64,000 nucleotides of DNA from Desulfosudaceae bacterium (GTDB taxonomy: Bacteria > Desulfobacterota > Desulfobacteria > Desulfobacterales > Desulfosudaceae). Positions 22,863-31,123 of this stretch are shown here, piece by piece; the stretch's first letter is position 1, and the number at the start of each line of letters is the position of its first letter. The notes below the pieces were generated by a model. It was not told where the DNA came from. It was given only the letters and a program-made list of their open reading frames with translations, and searched no databases. The position numbers were made by a program, and so were the translations under genes. The DNA is taken from assembly GCA_963674745.2 (NCBI GenBank), contig CAXXDV010000001.1:2240001-2304000 (forward strand). Reading direction: 5' to 3'.

Positions 22863-23680
22863 CTATTCGCGATGAAATCCTTCGTGCGGCCAGCATACTG
22901 GCGAGAGCGGAAAATGCCGTGGCATCTACCGGTGCCGGCATCTCCGCGGAAAGCGGCATCGCCACTTTCAGGGATCCGGGGGGTGTCTGGGACCGGCTGG
23001 ACCCGATGGAAGTGGGTAACACCGCCGGATTGATAAACGCTCTGGATAAAAACGCTGAGAAATATGTGTCGTTGTTTATCGAATTGCTGGATTCTTTGGA
23101 AAGCGCCGAGCCCAATGCCGGGCATCTGGCACTTGCCGATCTCGAAAACTTGGGGATCATTAAAACCGTCATCACCCAGAATATTGACAACCTTCACCAG
23201 GAAGCCGGTAATAGCCGGGTGATTGAGGTCCACGGCAACGGCTTCAGATTTTCCTGCACCTCTTGTGGCCGTCGGGAAGAAAGGGAAAGAAAAGGGCTGT
23301 TAAATGAAGCCAAAAGCAGAATCAAGGCCATGACGGAATTTTCTTTGACGACTTTTATAACGGTGCTTCCGGAATGTGCTCTTTGCGGGGCCATGATGCG
23401 GCCGGACGTGGTCATGTTCGGTGAATCCGTACAGGGCCTTCCGGCCGCTTTCGAAGCGGTCAGGAACTGTGATGCCATGCTGGCGTTGGGAACTTCCGGC
23501 GTGGTCTACCCGGCGGCCTATTTCCCGTTTGAAGCCAAACATGCCGGTGCCAGTGTGATTGTGGTCAATCCCAGTGAAAATCCGTTTTATGCGGTTTCTG
23601 ATGCCTATATACCGATGAAAGCCGGAGAAGCCCTGCCGCAAATAGTCGAAGCGGTCAGGCAGATCCGTGGCGATGCCTGA
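22859..23680 (+). CDS. cobB: NAD-dependent protein deacylase (Sir2 family)
   Basis: GAGISAESGI.TFR, TQNIDNLH, HGN, two CxxC, RPDVVMFGE. Confidence 0.93.
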   Translation: MTIRDEILRAASILARAENAVASTGAGISAESGIATFRDPGGVWDRLDPMEVGNTAGLINALDKNAEKYVSLFIELLDSLESAEPNAGHLALADLENLGIIKTVITQNIDNLHQEAGNSRVIEVHGNGFRFSCTSCGRREERERKGLLNEAKSRIKAMTEFSLTTFITVLPECALCGAMMRPDVVMFGESVQGLPAAFEAVRNCDAMLALGTSGVVYPAAYFPFEAKHAGASVIVVNPSENPFYAVSDAYIPMKAGEALPQIVEAVRQIRGDA

Positions 23681-23768
23681 AATATCCGGTTTGACAGCGA
23701 TACCGTTGACGGCGCCGATGTTAATCGTCGATGCCTGATGAAATGACACTTCAATGGGGAGGGAAAAC

Positions 23769-25472
23769 ATGGGAAATGAGCGTTTCTGGACCAAAGCCTA
23801 TGATGAGGGAGTGGGAGATCTTTCTCCGGATCAATGGGAAATCAGCTATGTAGATGCCGTTCGGCCGACTTTTTCAAGCCTCGGAGACAAGACCGCCTAC
23901 GCTTTCATGGGGACGCATATCAGCTTTTCCGATCTTGATCGTTATGCCAACCGGTTCGCGCGGATGCTGCTGGACAACGGGTTTCAAAAAGGCGACACGG
24001 TCGGTATTAACCTGCCCAATATCCCTGAATATGCCATTGCCTGGCTGGGCACACTTCGCGCCGGTTGCGTGGTTTCCGGTGTGTCCCCCCTGCTGTCGTC
24101 ACCGGAGATGAAACACCAGCTGGCCGACTCCAAAGCCAGGGGCGTGGTGACCCTGGACGCGATTTTTGCCGCCAGGGTGACGGAAATCGCCGATGAACTG
24201 CCGGATTTGAAACTGATCGTCGTGGCCGGCGTGGGCGGGTTCCTGTCGCCCGTAAAGCGGTTTTTAGGCAAGCGGCTGGGGAAAATTCCGACCGGTAAAA
24301 TAACGCCCCTTGCCGGCAAAACCGTCCTGAAGATCGAACCGGTCATTAAAAGCGCGACTTACAGTGACGCCGATCCCGGTGTAACGGTGACACCCGATGA
24401 CATCGCCTATATCCAGTATACCGGCGGCACCACCGGGCTTCCCAAGGGGGCGCAGTTGAGTCATCGCAACGTGGTGGCCGATCTGCTGATCGTTCAGCAC
24501 TGGCTGCACTGGGAAAAAGGACGGGGGCTGGCCCTGTCGGGATTCCCGTTTTTTCACATCGCCGGTCTGTTTTTCAATAAAAACTGTATTTACCTGGGCT
24601 GGACCCAGGTGCTGATTCCCAATCCGCGGGATACGGACCATATCTGCAAGGAAATAAAAAAATATCAGCCGACGGTACTGGTCAACGTGCCGTCTCTGTT
24701 TCAGATGCTGATCGCCAATCCCGGGTTTAAGACGCTGGACCATTCCGGCCTGGAGGCCTGTATCTCTGCGGCTTCTCCTTTTCCCGAGGAATCCCAGCGG
24801 CAACTGGAGCAGATCGTCGGCAAGGAAAAGCTGCTCGAGGTCTACGGTATGACCGAGACGGCTCCGCTGACCACCATGAATCCCGTTGACGGCCCCAAGA
24901 AACTGGGCCATATCGGCCTGCCCCTGCCCAATACGGACATCTGTTTAAAAAGCACCGAAACCGGCGAACCCGTTCCCATTGGTGAACCAGGTGAGATATG
25001 TGTCAAGGGGCCCCAGGTGATGGTGGGGTATTTCAATAAGCCCGAGGAGACCCAAAAAGTCTTTGATGCCGAAGGTTATCTGCATACCGGTGACGTGGCC
25101 GTTCAGGACGAAGACGGCTACCTGCGGATTGTCGATCGTACCAAGGATATGATCATCGTCAGCGGGTTCAAGGTATTTTCCCGCCGGGTGGAGGACCTCC
25201 TTTCCGAACATCCGGCCATCGAAATGATCGCCACCATCGGCCGTCCCAACCCCGACCGTCCCGGTTCGGAACTGGTCGAGGCCTATGTCAAACCCGTTGA
25301 GGGCCATCCTCTGGCTGCGGACAAGGACGCCCTGGAAAAGGAAATCGTCGCTTTTGCCAAGGAGAAGCTGTCTCCTTATGAAGTGCCCAAGCGGATTCAT
25401 GTCATGGATGAGCTGCCTCTGACGACCGTCGGCAAGGTGGACAAGAAGGTGTTGCGCAAACGCGAGGATTGA
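23769..25472 (+). CDS. Long-chain fatty acid--CoA ligase
   Basis: YTGGTTGLPKG, YGMTET, TGD, DRTKDMI. Confidence 0.92.
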   Translation: MGNERFWTKAYDEGVGDLSPDQWEISYVDAVRPTFSSLGDKTAYAFMGTHISFSDLDRYANRFARMLLDNGFQKGDTVGINLPNIPEYAIAWLGTLRAGCVVSGVSPLLSSPEMKHQLADSKARGVVTLDAIFAARVTEIADELPDLKLIVVAGVGGFLSPVKRFLGKRLGKIPTGKITPLAGKTVLKIEPVIKSATYSDADPGVTVTPDDIAYIQYTGGTTGLPKGAQLSHRNVVADLLIVQHWLHWEKGRGLALSGFPFFHIAGLFFNKNCIYLGWTQVLIPNPRDTDHICKEIKKYQPTVLVNVPSLFQMLIANPGFKTLDHSGLEACISAASPFPEESQRQLEQIVGKEKLLEVYGMTETAPLTTMNPVDGPKKLGHIGLPLPNTDICLKSTETGEPVPIGEPGEICVKGPQVMVGYFNKPEETQKVFDAEGYLHTGDVAVQDEDGYLRIVDRTKDMIIVSGFKVFSRRVEDLLSEHPAIEMIATIGRPNPDRPGSELVEAYVKPVEGHPLAADKDALEKEIVAFAKEKLSPYEVPKRIHVMDELPLTTVGKVDKKVLRKRED

Positions 25473-25667
25473 TTTTCCATGTTTGCCCCTTTAATATGGT
25501 AATAAATGGAAAATCCTGGTTATTTATTATTGAGAAAAGCAAACATGGAAAATATGGCGGAATATTTTCCACGTTTACCCCTTTAATAATAGTAATACAT
25601 GGAAAACTTTCCACATATATACGCCAATAACATGGAAAATTTTTCCACCTATTACACTGTTGGAAGC
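25471..25667. repeat. Cluster of TTTCCA/ATGGAAAA inverted motifs ending at the first cassette crossover; candidate attI-like head of the array
   Basis: 15-bp perfect IR at 25472-25486 / 25539-25553; ATGGAAAA x4 and TTTCCA x4; G|TTGGAAGC at 25659. Confidence 0.5.
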
Positions 25668-25680
25668 ATTGGAAAAAGGT

Positions 25681-26559
25681 ATGATAAATATATTATCGTT
25701 TATATTCTTCATTCTGATCAGTTTTCCAGCGTTCGCAGAAGAGCCTACCGTTTTTCAGATGCCTAAAAATGAAAACATCTATTTCAAGAGTTATTCATAT
25801 ACTTTCTCAGAATACTTTCAGTTCAATGCAAACGGAACATATCGAAAAATAACCCGAGAACATATGTATGTTGATGAAAGCGATCACGGCACATGGAGAC
25901 AGGACAAATCTGGAGAGCTCATTTTAACATCGCAGGAGCATTATCGTAATATTGAATGTGCTTCATTGTGCATTGGCATATGGAATGCTGAGGGAATTAA
26001 GCGACTGCCGTTGGTAAAGGAATATATCAAAAAACTCCTTGATAATTCTAATGTGCAAGCGTTTACAAAAGAGCAAATAGAAGCAAGGAAGCTGTACGGT
26101 AAGAAACATATAAATAAAATGCTCCTTGCTAAATTTAACGAGCAAGAGTTAACAAAGGAACTAATTGATGAAATTGAGAACACAGATTTTGAACATTCAA
26201 ACCCACCACTCATCTATGTTGATTATAGAGTTGAAATAGTACCTCGGAGTGATCTCAATGACCTTATAAAACAGATTGATGAGTTTCTGAATGATTCAGA
26301 AAAAAAAGACTTTCATGCAACACCTATGAACTATAAGGGACAGACATTTCTTCTTTGGAAAAATGCACAAACTTGTTCAAAACAAGATCTGAAAGAAACT
26401 TTAGCGGAGATTGACAAACATAATTCTGAAACTACCCTTACACACATTTATACTAAAATTAAGGGGGACATTTTTCAAAAAGAATCAGAGACGACTCAAG
26501 AATTTATTTTTTATCCAGAGATGAATACTTGTATACCACAACCTGAAAAAAGAGAATAA
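25681..26559 (+). CDS. Cassette 1: exported hypothetical protein
   Basis: Signal peptide (AFA); ends GTTGGAAGC / GCTTCCAAC. Confidence 0.8.
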   Translation: MINILSFIFFILISFPAFAEEPTVFQMPKNENIYFKSYSYTFSEYFQFNANGTYRKITREHMYVDESDHGTWRQDKSGELILTSQEHYRNIECASLCIGIWNAEGIKRLPLVKEYIKKLLDNSNVQAFTKEQIEARKLYGKKHINKMLLAKFNEQELTKELIDEIENTDFEHSNPPLIYVDYRVEIVPRSDLNDLIKQIDEFLNDSEKKDFHATPMNYKGQTFLLWKNAQTCSKQDLKETLAEIDKHNSETTLTHIYTKIKGDIFQKESETTQEFIFYPEMNTCIPQPEKRE

Positions 26560-26565
26560 ATAGGC

Positions 26566-26693
26566 TTCCAACAATTCAGCGCAATAGGATCGCCAGGGCA
26601 CTCGGATTTTGAACAGCCGTGCTGAATTGTATATTAACCGACTTTAAGACAGTCGGAGGAAGCCCTGGCGCCCTTTGGCTGAAGACGTTATAT
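26566..26693 (+). repeat. attC1 (family A)
   Basis: TTCCAAC...GGATCGCCAGGGC...GCCCTGGCGCCC...GTTATAT. Confidence 0.9.
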
Positions 26694-26713
26694 TTTATGA
26701 AGGATATTTCTGA

Positions 26714-27226
26714 ATGGATAAGAAAAAATGTTTGATATGCTGTAGTGAAATAGATGTTCAGGCTAAAAAATGTCCTTTTTGTAAACACTGGCAAAATAAA
26801 ATTAGCCTGGTGATTTGGCATCCATTTTTTACAGTAGCGATATTGCTTGTTCTTTACCTTCTATTCCAACAATTCTTCATTGATACACTTGGCCCTGGTG
26901 AGGATTTTGCTCCGGTAAGAAGTGAGATTGTTTTAAAGGATTGTACTATGGAGTTCGGTGAATCCAAATGCGGGCAAACAGTGGTCATTTTAGGAATGAT
27001 TGAAAATAATAGCGATCTAAATTGGGAAAAACCAAATTTTGAAATAATTTTCTTTGACAAGGATAAAAATATAATTGATACCGAACAGGAGGAAAATTAC
27101 AGTTTTGTCCTACCATCAAAAGAAAAAGTCCCTTTTAAGGTATCGATTAGAAGAGAATTTCCGCAGGAACTTTATGACTCGTTTGAGATACGAATTGTAA
27201 CGGCCAAAGAAGAAGGCCACTATTAA
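26714..27226 (+). CDS. Cassette 2: zinc-ribbon + TM + FxLYD-like protein
   Basis: CxxC..CxxC, one TM segment, GMIENNS..IIFFDKD. Confidence 0.75.
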   Translation: MDKKKCLICCSEIDVQAKKCPFCKHWQNKISLVIWHPFFTVAILLVLYLLFQQFFIDTLGPGEDFAPVRSEIVLKDCTMEFGESKCGQTVVILGMIENNSDLNWEKPNFEIIFFDKDKNIIDTEQEENYSFVLPSKEKVPFKVSIRREFPQELYDSFEIRIVTAKEEGHY

Positions 27227-27227
27227 A

Positions 27228-27352
27228 ATATAACAACACGTTGGTAAGGGACCGCAAGGGGCGTCCGATTTTGGCTCTTGCCACATAATTCAAAAACGAG
27301 TTTTCTGCGGGTGGCTCCTTCCCCTTGCGGCCCCACACCGTGGACGTTATAT
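27228..27352 (+). repeat. attC2 (family B)
   Basis: ATATAAC...CCGCAAGGGG...CCCCTTGCGG...GTTATAT. Confidence 0.9.
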
Positions 27353-27372
27353 GCTTAAAAAGGAATTAGAGA

Positions 27373-27804
27373 ATGAAGTACGTCGCATTTATCTTGATTT
27401 TTTTTTCGGCTTTGGCATTTGCAAATGATAGCAAACACTACGAGCTTGCAAAACAATTTGATGAGTTATCTGGGGCGCAAGACAAAACAAAGCTGGTTGA
27501 TTCCATATTGCCAAACTTGGTAATCAATATGCCAGAACTAAAAGGCAATGAAAATATCATCAGAGAACATTTAATAAGCATACTATCATCACAAGAATAT
27601 CAAGATGGAAAAATAAATGTATATATGAGCATTTATAACGAAAAGCAGCTTGAGTCGCTCATTGAGTTAGTGAAATCACCTGCTTTTAAATTACTGCAAG
27701 ATCACAGATATGAAATGAATATTGGTTTTATTAAAAACATGAATGAAATAATTCAAAGAAGAATGCCAGAGCTTGAAGCAAAGGTAGCTAATCAAAAAGA
27801 ATAA
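27373..27804 (+). CDS. Cassette 3: exported hypothetical protein
   Basis: Signal peptide; AAGGA SD. Confidence 0.8.
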   Translation: MKYVAFILIFFSALAFANDSKHYELAKQFDELSGAQDKTKLVDSILPNLVINMPELKGNENIIREHLISILSSQEYQDGKINVYMSIYNEKQLESLIELVKSPAFKLLQDHRYEMNIGFIKNMNEIIQRRMPELEAKVANQKE

Positions 27805-27807
27805 TTC

Positions 27808-27933
27808 ATATAACAACGCCACTCACCCGGACTCGCAGGGGCGGTCGGCTTTGGGTTTAGGCATAAGTTGGTGTTGAACGCACATTAAAAAAGGTCTGTA
27901 CCCCCTGCTCGCCGGTGGTGGCGGACGTTAGCC
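27808..27933 (+). repeat. attC3 (family C)
   Basis: ATATAAC...GCAGGGG...CCCCTGC...GTTAGCC. Confidence 0.9.
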
Positions 27934-27952
27934 CTACAAGGATTCTACAATT

Positions 27953-28357
27953 TTGAAATACAAATTGTTCATATTTTTCTTCGCGATTATTTCCACCTTG
28001 GGAGTATCCTCCTTTGCCGATGAGACAGGCCAAGTGGAAGTTGCAAGACGAGTCGTAATTAAATTTTTGAGTGCAATTGAAAACAAAAACCTGAATGCGT
28101 ATAAGGACATTATTCATCCCAATTCAGATGCCAGTTTGATGAAAGTGTGGCGTAAATGGGAGAAAATTCACAATCGCCAAAGCTTAGATAAATTATCCGT
28201 TATTTCTGGAGATGACGATATAATGATTTTACGAGCTGATATCATGACTATATCTCAGAAACGTTCTAAATCAGATATAATATTTATTTTGCAAAAGTGG
28301 TCCGGCGAATGGAAAATTTTGGACTTAACAGAAATTGATCAACAATTTTTGGGCTAA
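27953..28357 (+). CDS. Cassette 4: exported hypothetical protein
   Basis: TTG start, signal peptide, stop inside R''. Confidence 0.75.
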   Translation: MKYKLFIFFFAIISTLGVSSFADETGQVEVARRVVIKFLSAIENKNLNAYKDIIHPNSDASLMKVWRKWEKIHNRQSLDKLSVISGDDDIMILRADIMTISQKRSKSDIIFILQKWSGEWKILDLTEIDQQFLG

Positions 28358-28479
28358 CAATCAAGCTCAAGTGGACAGCCAGGGCACTCGGGTTTCGAAA
28401 AGTCGGGGAAATTTGAACAATCAAAATTTTAAACAAAGCTGGTGGAAGCCCTTGCTGCCATTGGCTTGAGACGTTATAA
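28352..28479 (+). repeat. attC4 (family A variant)
   Basis: GGCTAAC...CAGCCAGGGC...GCCCTTGCTG...GTTATAA. Confidence 0.9.
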
Positions 28480-28485
28480 ATCGAT

Positions 28486-29163
28486 ATGAACATTTCCAAA
28501 CCATACATATTGTTTTTAAGCTTTGTTCTTTTGTTTATTGTTGATTCCATTTGTCATGCTAATGAAATTGAAAAAAAGTTCATTGAAGCAGGGCTTATTG
28601 ACATTCATATGATCGATGAATCGATAAAAGTCGATCTCGTGAATTCTGATCCCGACAAAAATTTTTTTCGGGAAAATTTTTATAATGGCCTTAATAAGGC
28701 TTATCTCCGTAGAGAAGTCGCCCAAAAATTATCAACGGCTCAAAAATATCTAAAATCAGAATTCTCCGATTATTCAATTTTGATAATGGATGCGGCTCGT
28801 CCGAGAAGTGTGTCACAACGAATGTATGATAAAATGAAGGGGACCAAATTCGAAAAATTTGTCGCCAATCCTAATAGAGGATCAATGCATAATTATGGTA
28901 TCGCTGTTGATGTAACAATAGTGGACGGAAATGGCAAAGAAATTGATATGGGATTTACGCCTTTTTACAAGAGCAATCTTTCAATCTACTGGGGTTATGC
29001 AAAACTCAAAATGTTTGACCTTAGCGGAGAACAAAGAAAGAACCGGAAACTGCTTTCGACCATAATGAAAAAGGCTGGGTTTTACCCTCTAAGTTATGAA
29101 TGGTGGCATTTTAACGGATTATCGAAGGATCTAGCCCGTAAGAAATACGTAATAATCGAATAA
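28486..29163 (+). CDS. Cassette 5: M15 D-Ala-D-Ala dipeptidase (VanX/DdpX-like) with signal peptide
   Basis: DAARP, SMHNYGIAVDVT (SxHxxGxAxD), EWWHF. Confidence 0.88.
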   Translation: MNISKPYILFLSFVLLFIVDSICHANEIEKKFIEAGLIDIHMIDESIKVDLVNSDPDKNFFRENFYNGLNKAYLRREVAQKLSTAQKYLKSEFSDYSILIMDAARPRSVSQRMYDKMKGTKFEKFVANPNRGSMHNYGIAVDVTIVDGNGKEIDMGFTPFYKSNLSIYWGYAKLKMFDLSGEQRKNRKLLSTIMKKAGFYPLSYEWWHFNGLSKDLARKKYVIIE

Positions 29164-29164
29164 T

Positions 29165-29287
29165 TTATAACAACACCATGCACTTGACTCGCAGGGGCGG
29201 GCTGCTTTTTAAGTATCCTGGTTTGGTGTTAACGTGGCTTTGTAAAAGGCACGTTTCCCTGCTCCCAAGTGACGGTGGACGTTATAT
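29165..29287 (+). repeat. attC5 (family C)
   Basis: TTATAAC...CACTTGACTCGCAGGG...CCTGCTCCCAAGTG...GTTATAT. Confidence 0.9.
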
Positions 29288-29307
29288 TTTATGAAGGATA
29301 TTTCTGA

Positions 29308-29820
29308 ATGGATAAGAAAAAATGTTTGATATGCTGTAGTGAAATAGATGTTCAGGCTAAAAAATGTCCTTTTTGTAAACACTGGCAAAATAAAATTAGC
29401 CTGGTGATTTGGCATCCATTTTTTACAGTAGCGATATTGCTTGTTCTTTACCTTCTATTCCAACAATTCTTCATTGATACACTTGGCCCTGGTGAGGATT
29501 TTGCTCCGGTAAGAAGTGAGATTGTTTTAAAGGATTGTACTATGGAGTTCGGTGAATCCAAATGCGGGCAAACAGTGGTCATTTTAGGAATGATTGAAAA
29601 TAATAGCGATCTAAATTGGGAAAAACCAAATTTTGAAATAATTTTCTTTGACAAGGATAAAAATATAATTGATACCGAACAGGAGGAAAATTACAGTTTT
29701 GTCCTACCATCAAAAGAAAAAGTCCCTTTTAAGGTATCGATTAGAAGAGAATTTCCGCAGGAACTTTATGACTCGTTTGAGATACGAATTGTAACGGCCA
29801 AAGAAGAAGGCCACTATTAA
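29308..29820 (+). CDS. Cassette 6: second copy of cassette 2
   Basis: Protein identical to 26714-27226. Confidence 0.85.
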   Translation: MDKKKCLICCSEIDVQAKKCPFCKHWQNKISLVIWHPFFTVAILLVLYLLFQQFFIDTLGPGEDFAPVRSEIVLKDCTMEFGESKCGQTVVILGMIENNSDLNWEKPNFEIIFFDKDKNIIDTEQEENYSFVLPSKEKVPFKVSIRREFPQELYDSFEIRIVTAKEEGHY

Positions 29821-29821
29821 A

Positions 29822-29946
29822 ATATAACAACACGTTGGTAAGGGACCGCAAGGGGCGTCCGATTTTGGCTCTTGCCACATAATTCAAAAACGAGTTTTCT
29901 GCGGGTGGCTCCCTCCCCTTGCGGCCCCACACCGTGGACGTTGGGC
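29822..29946 (+). repeat. attC6 (family B)
   Basis: Near-identical to attC2; R' GTTGGGC. Confidence 0.9.
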
Positions 29947-29969
29947 GTAAAAAAAACGGGGAGTTCAAA

Positions 29970-30449
29970 ATGAATCAACCGATAAGCGATAAACATTTGA
30001 AAGAAATAAAACGCATACGAATAAGTTTAATAAAAAATGTACTTATTTTTTGTATCTGCGTTGCATCTATTCCATTCTTTTATACCAAGGGCTATTTTAT
30101 AATTGATAAAATGTCTTCTAAAAGTATCGATCAGTATTCAATAGAACTTCAGAACCAATTGACAGAAATCAATGGCATTAATGCGGTTACAAAAAACGAG
30201 AAACGGCTGAAAGAAATTAGCTGGCAGAACACATCTATAATATTCAACGTCGTAAAGAAAATACCCGAGGGTATTAATTCGGTCACTTGTATACTGCTGG
30301 CATTTTCAGCGTTTTTATTTTTTATTAATCTTTATACTCAGTATCGTTGTCTAAAATTAATTAAAAACATTCAAAACGCCCAACCAAGCAGCTCAAAAGG
30401 ATCGCCAGGGCATTCGGGTTTTGAGCAGTCGGGGGTCACTGAACATTAA
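29970..30449 (+). CDS. Cassette 7: two-TM hypothetical protein, reads into its attC
   Basis: GGGAG SD, ATG at 29970; ends GTTGGGCGT / ACGCCCAAC. Confidence 0.75.
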   Translation: MNQPISDKHLKEIKRIRISLIKNVLIFCICVASIPFFYTKGYFIIDKMSSKSIDQYSIELQNQLTEINGINAVTKNEKRLKEISWQNTSIIFNVVKKIPEGINSVTCILLAFSAFLFFINLYTQYRCLKLIKNIQNAQPSSSKGSPGHSGFEQSGVTEH

Positions 30450-30505
30450 CCATATATAAGTCAGTCGGAGGAAGCCCTGGCGCCCTTTGGCTGCCGCCGT
30501 TATGC
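30378..30505 (+). repeat. attC7 (family A)
   Basis: GCCCAAC...GTTATGC. Confidence 0.9.
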
Positions 30506-30519
30506 GTAACGAGTATCAT

Positions 30520-31005
30520 ATGAATGATATAACATCAGATTCAACCCTTTTAACATTATATGGATTTGGAATCATATCGATCACCTTAGATATTTGGTTT
30601 TTTATCCCTTTTTGGGGACAGTGTGCGATAATTTGGCCATTAGCCATATTTGCAATAATTATTTATTATGGACAATTGCGAAAAGAAGAGGTCATCCCTC
30701 CAGCAGATTTGAAATTTTTTCTATTCCCTTTCTTTAACCCAATAGTATTAATTGCTTTATGGCTTGCGCTATTTTTTCCTAGAATGAACGATCCAATTAT
30801 AACCAATTTCGGAAAGCTCCACTTTTTGTTTGTATTTATATTTTTTTCTTTCGGTATAGATACTATGATTTTAAATTCTGATAACTATCAAGGGGTGTCT
30901 GATTTGGGCCGAATGTGTTGGATTTGTTCTTTTACAATTGCTTTATTGTTATCAATTACAATTAGAGTATTTCAATATAAAAGGAATAAACAAAACTGCG
31001 CATAA
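30520..31005 (+). CDS. Cassette 8: polytopic membrane hypothetical protein
   Basis: Several hydrophobic segments; stop in R''. Confidence 0.75.
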   Translation: MNDITSDSTLLTLYGFGIISITLDIWFFIPFWGQCAIIWPLAIFAIIIYYGQLRKEEVIPPADLKFFLFPFFNPIVLIALWLALFFPRMNDPIITNFGKLHFLFVFIFFSFGIDTMILNSDNYQGVSDLGRMCWICSFTIALLLSITIRVFQYKRNKQNCA

Positions 31006-31123
31006 CCAAGAAGCTCAAGTGGACATCCAGGGCATTCGGGTTTTGAAAAATCGGGGGAATTGAACAGCCAAAATTATTAACAAAGCTGGTGGAAGCCCTG
31101 GCTGCCATTGGCTTCAGACGTTA
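31000..31123 (+). repeat. attC8 (family A variant), R' interrupted by the intron
   Basis: GCATAAC...GGCTTCAGACGTTA then intron. Confidence 0.88.

Noticed and set aside
28486..29163. Vancomycin-resistance locus
   Set aside because: No vanH, vanA, vanR or vanS, and the host is Gram-negative.
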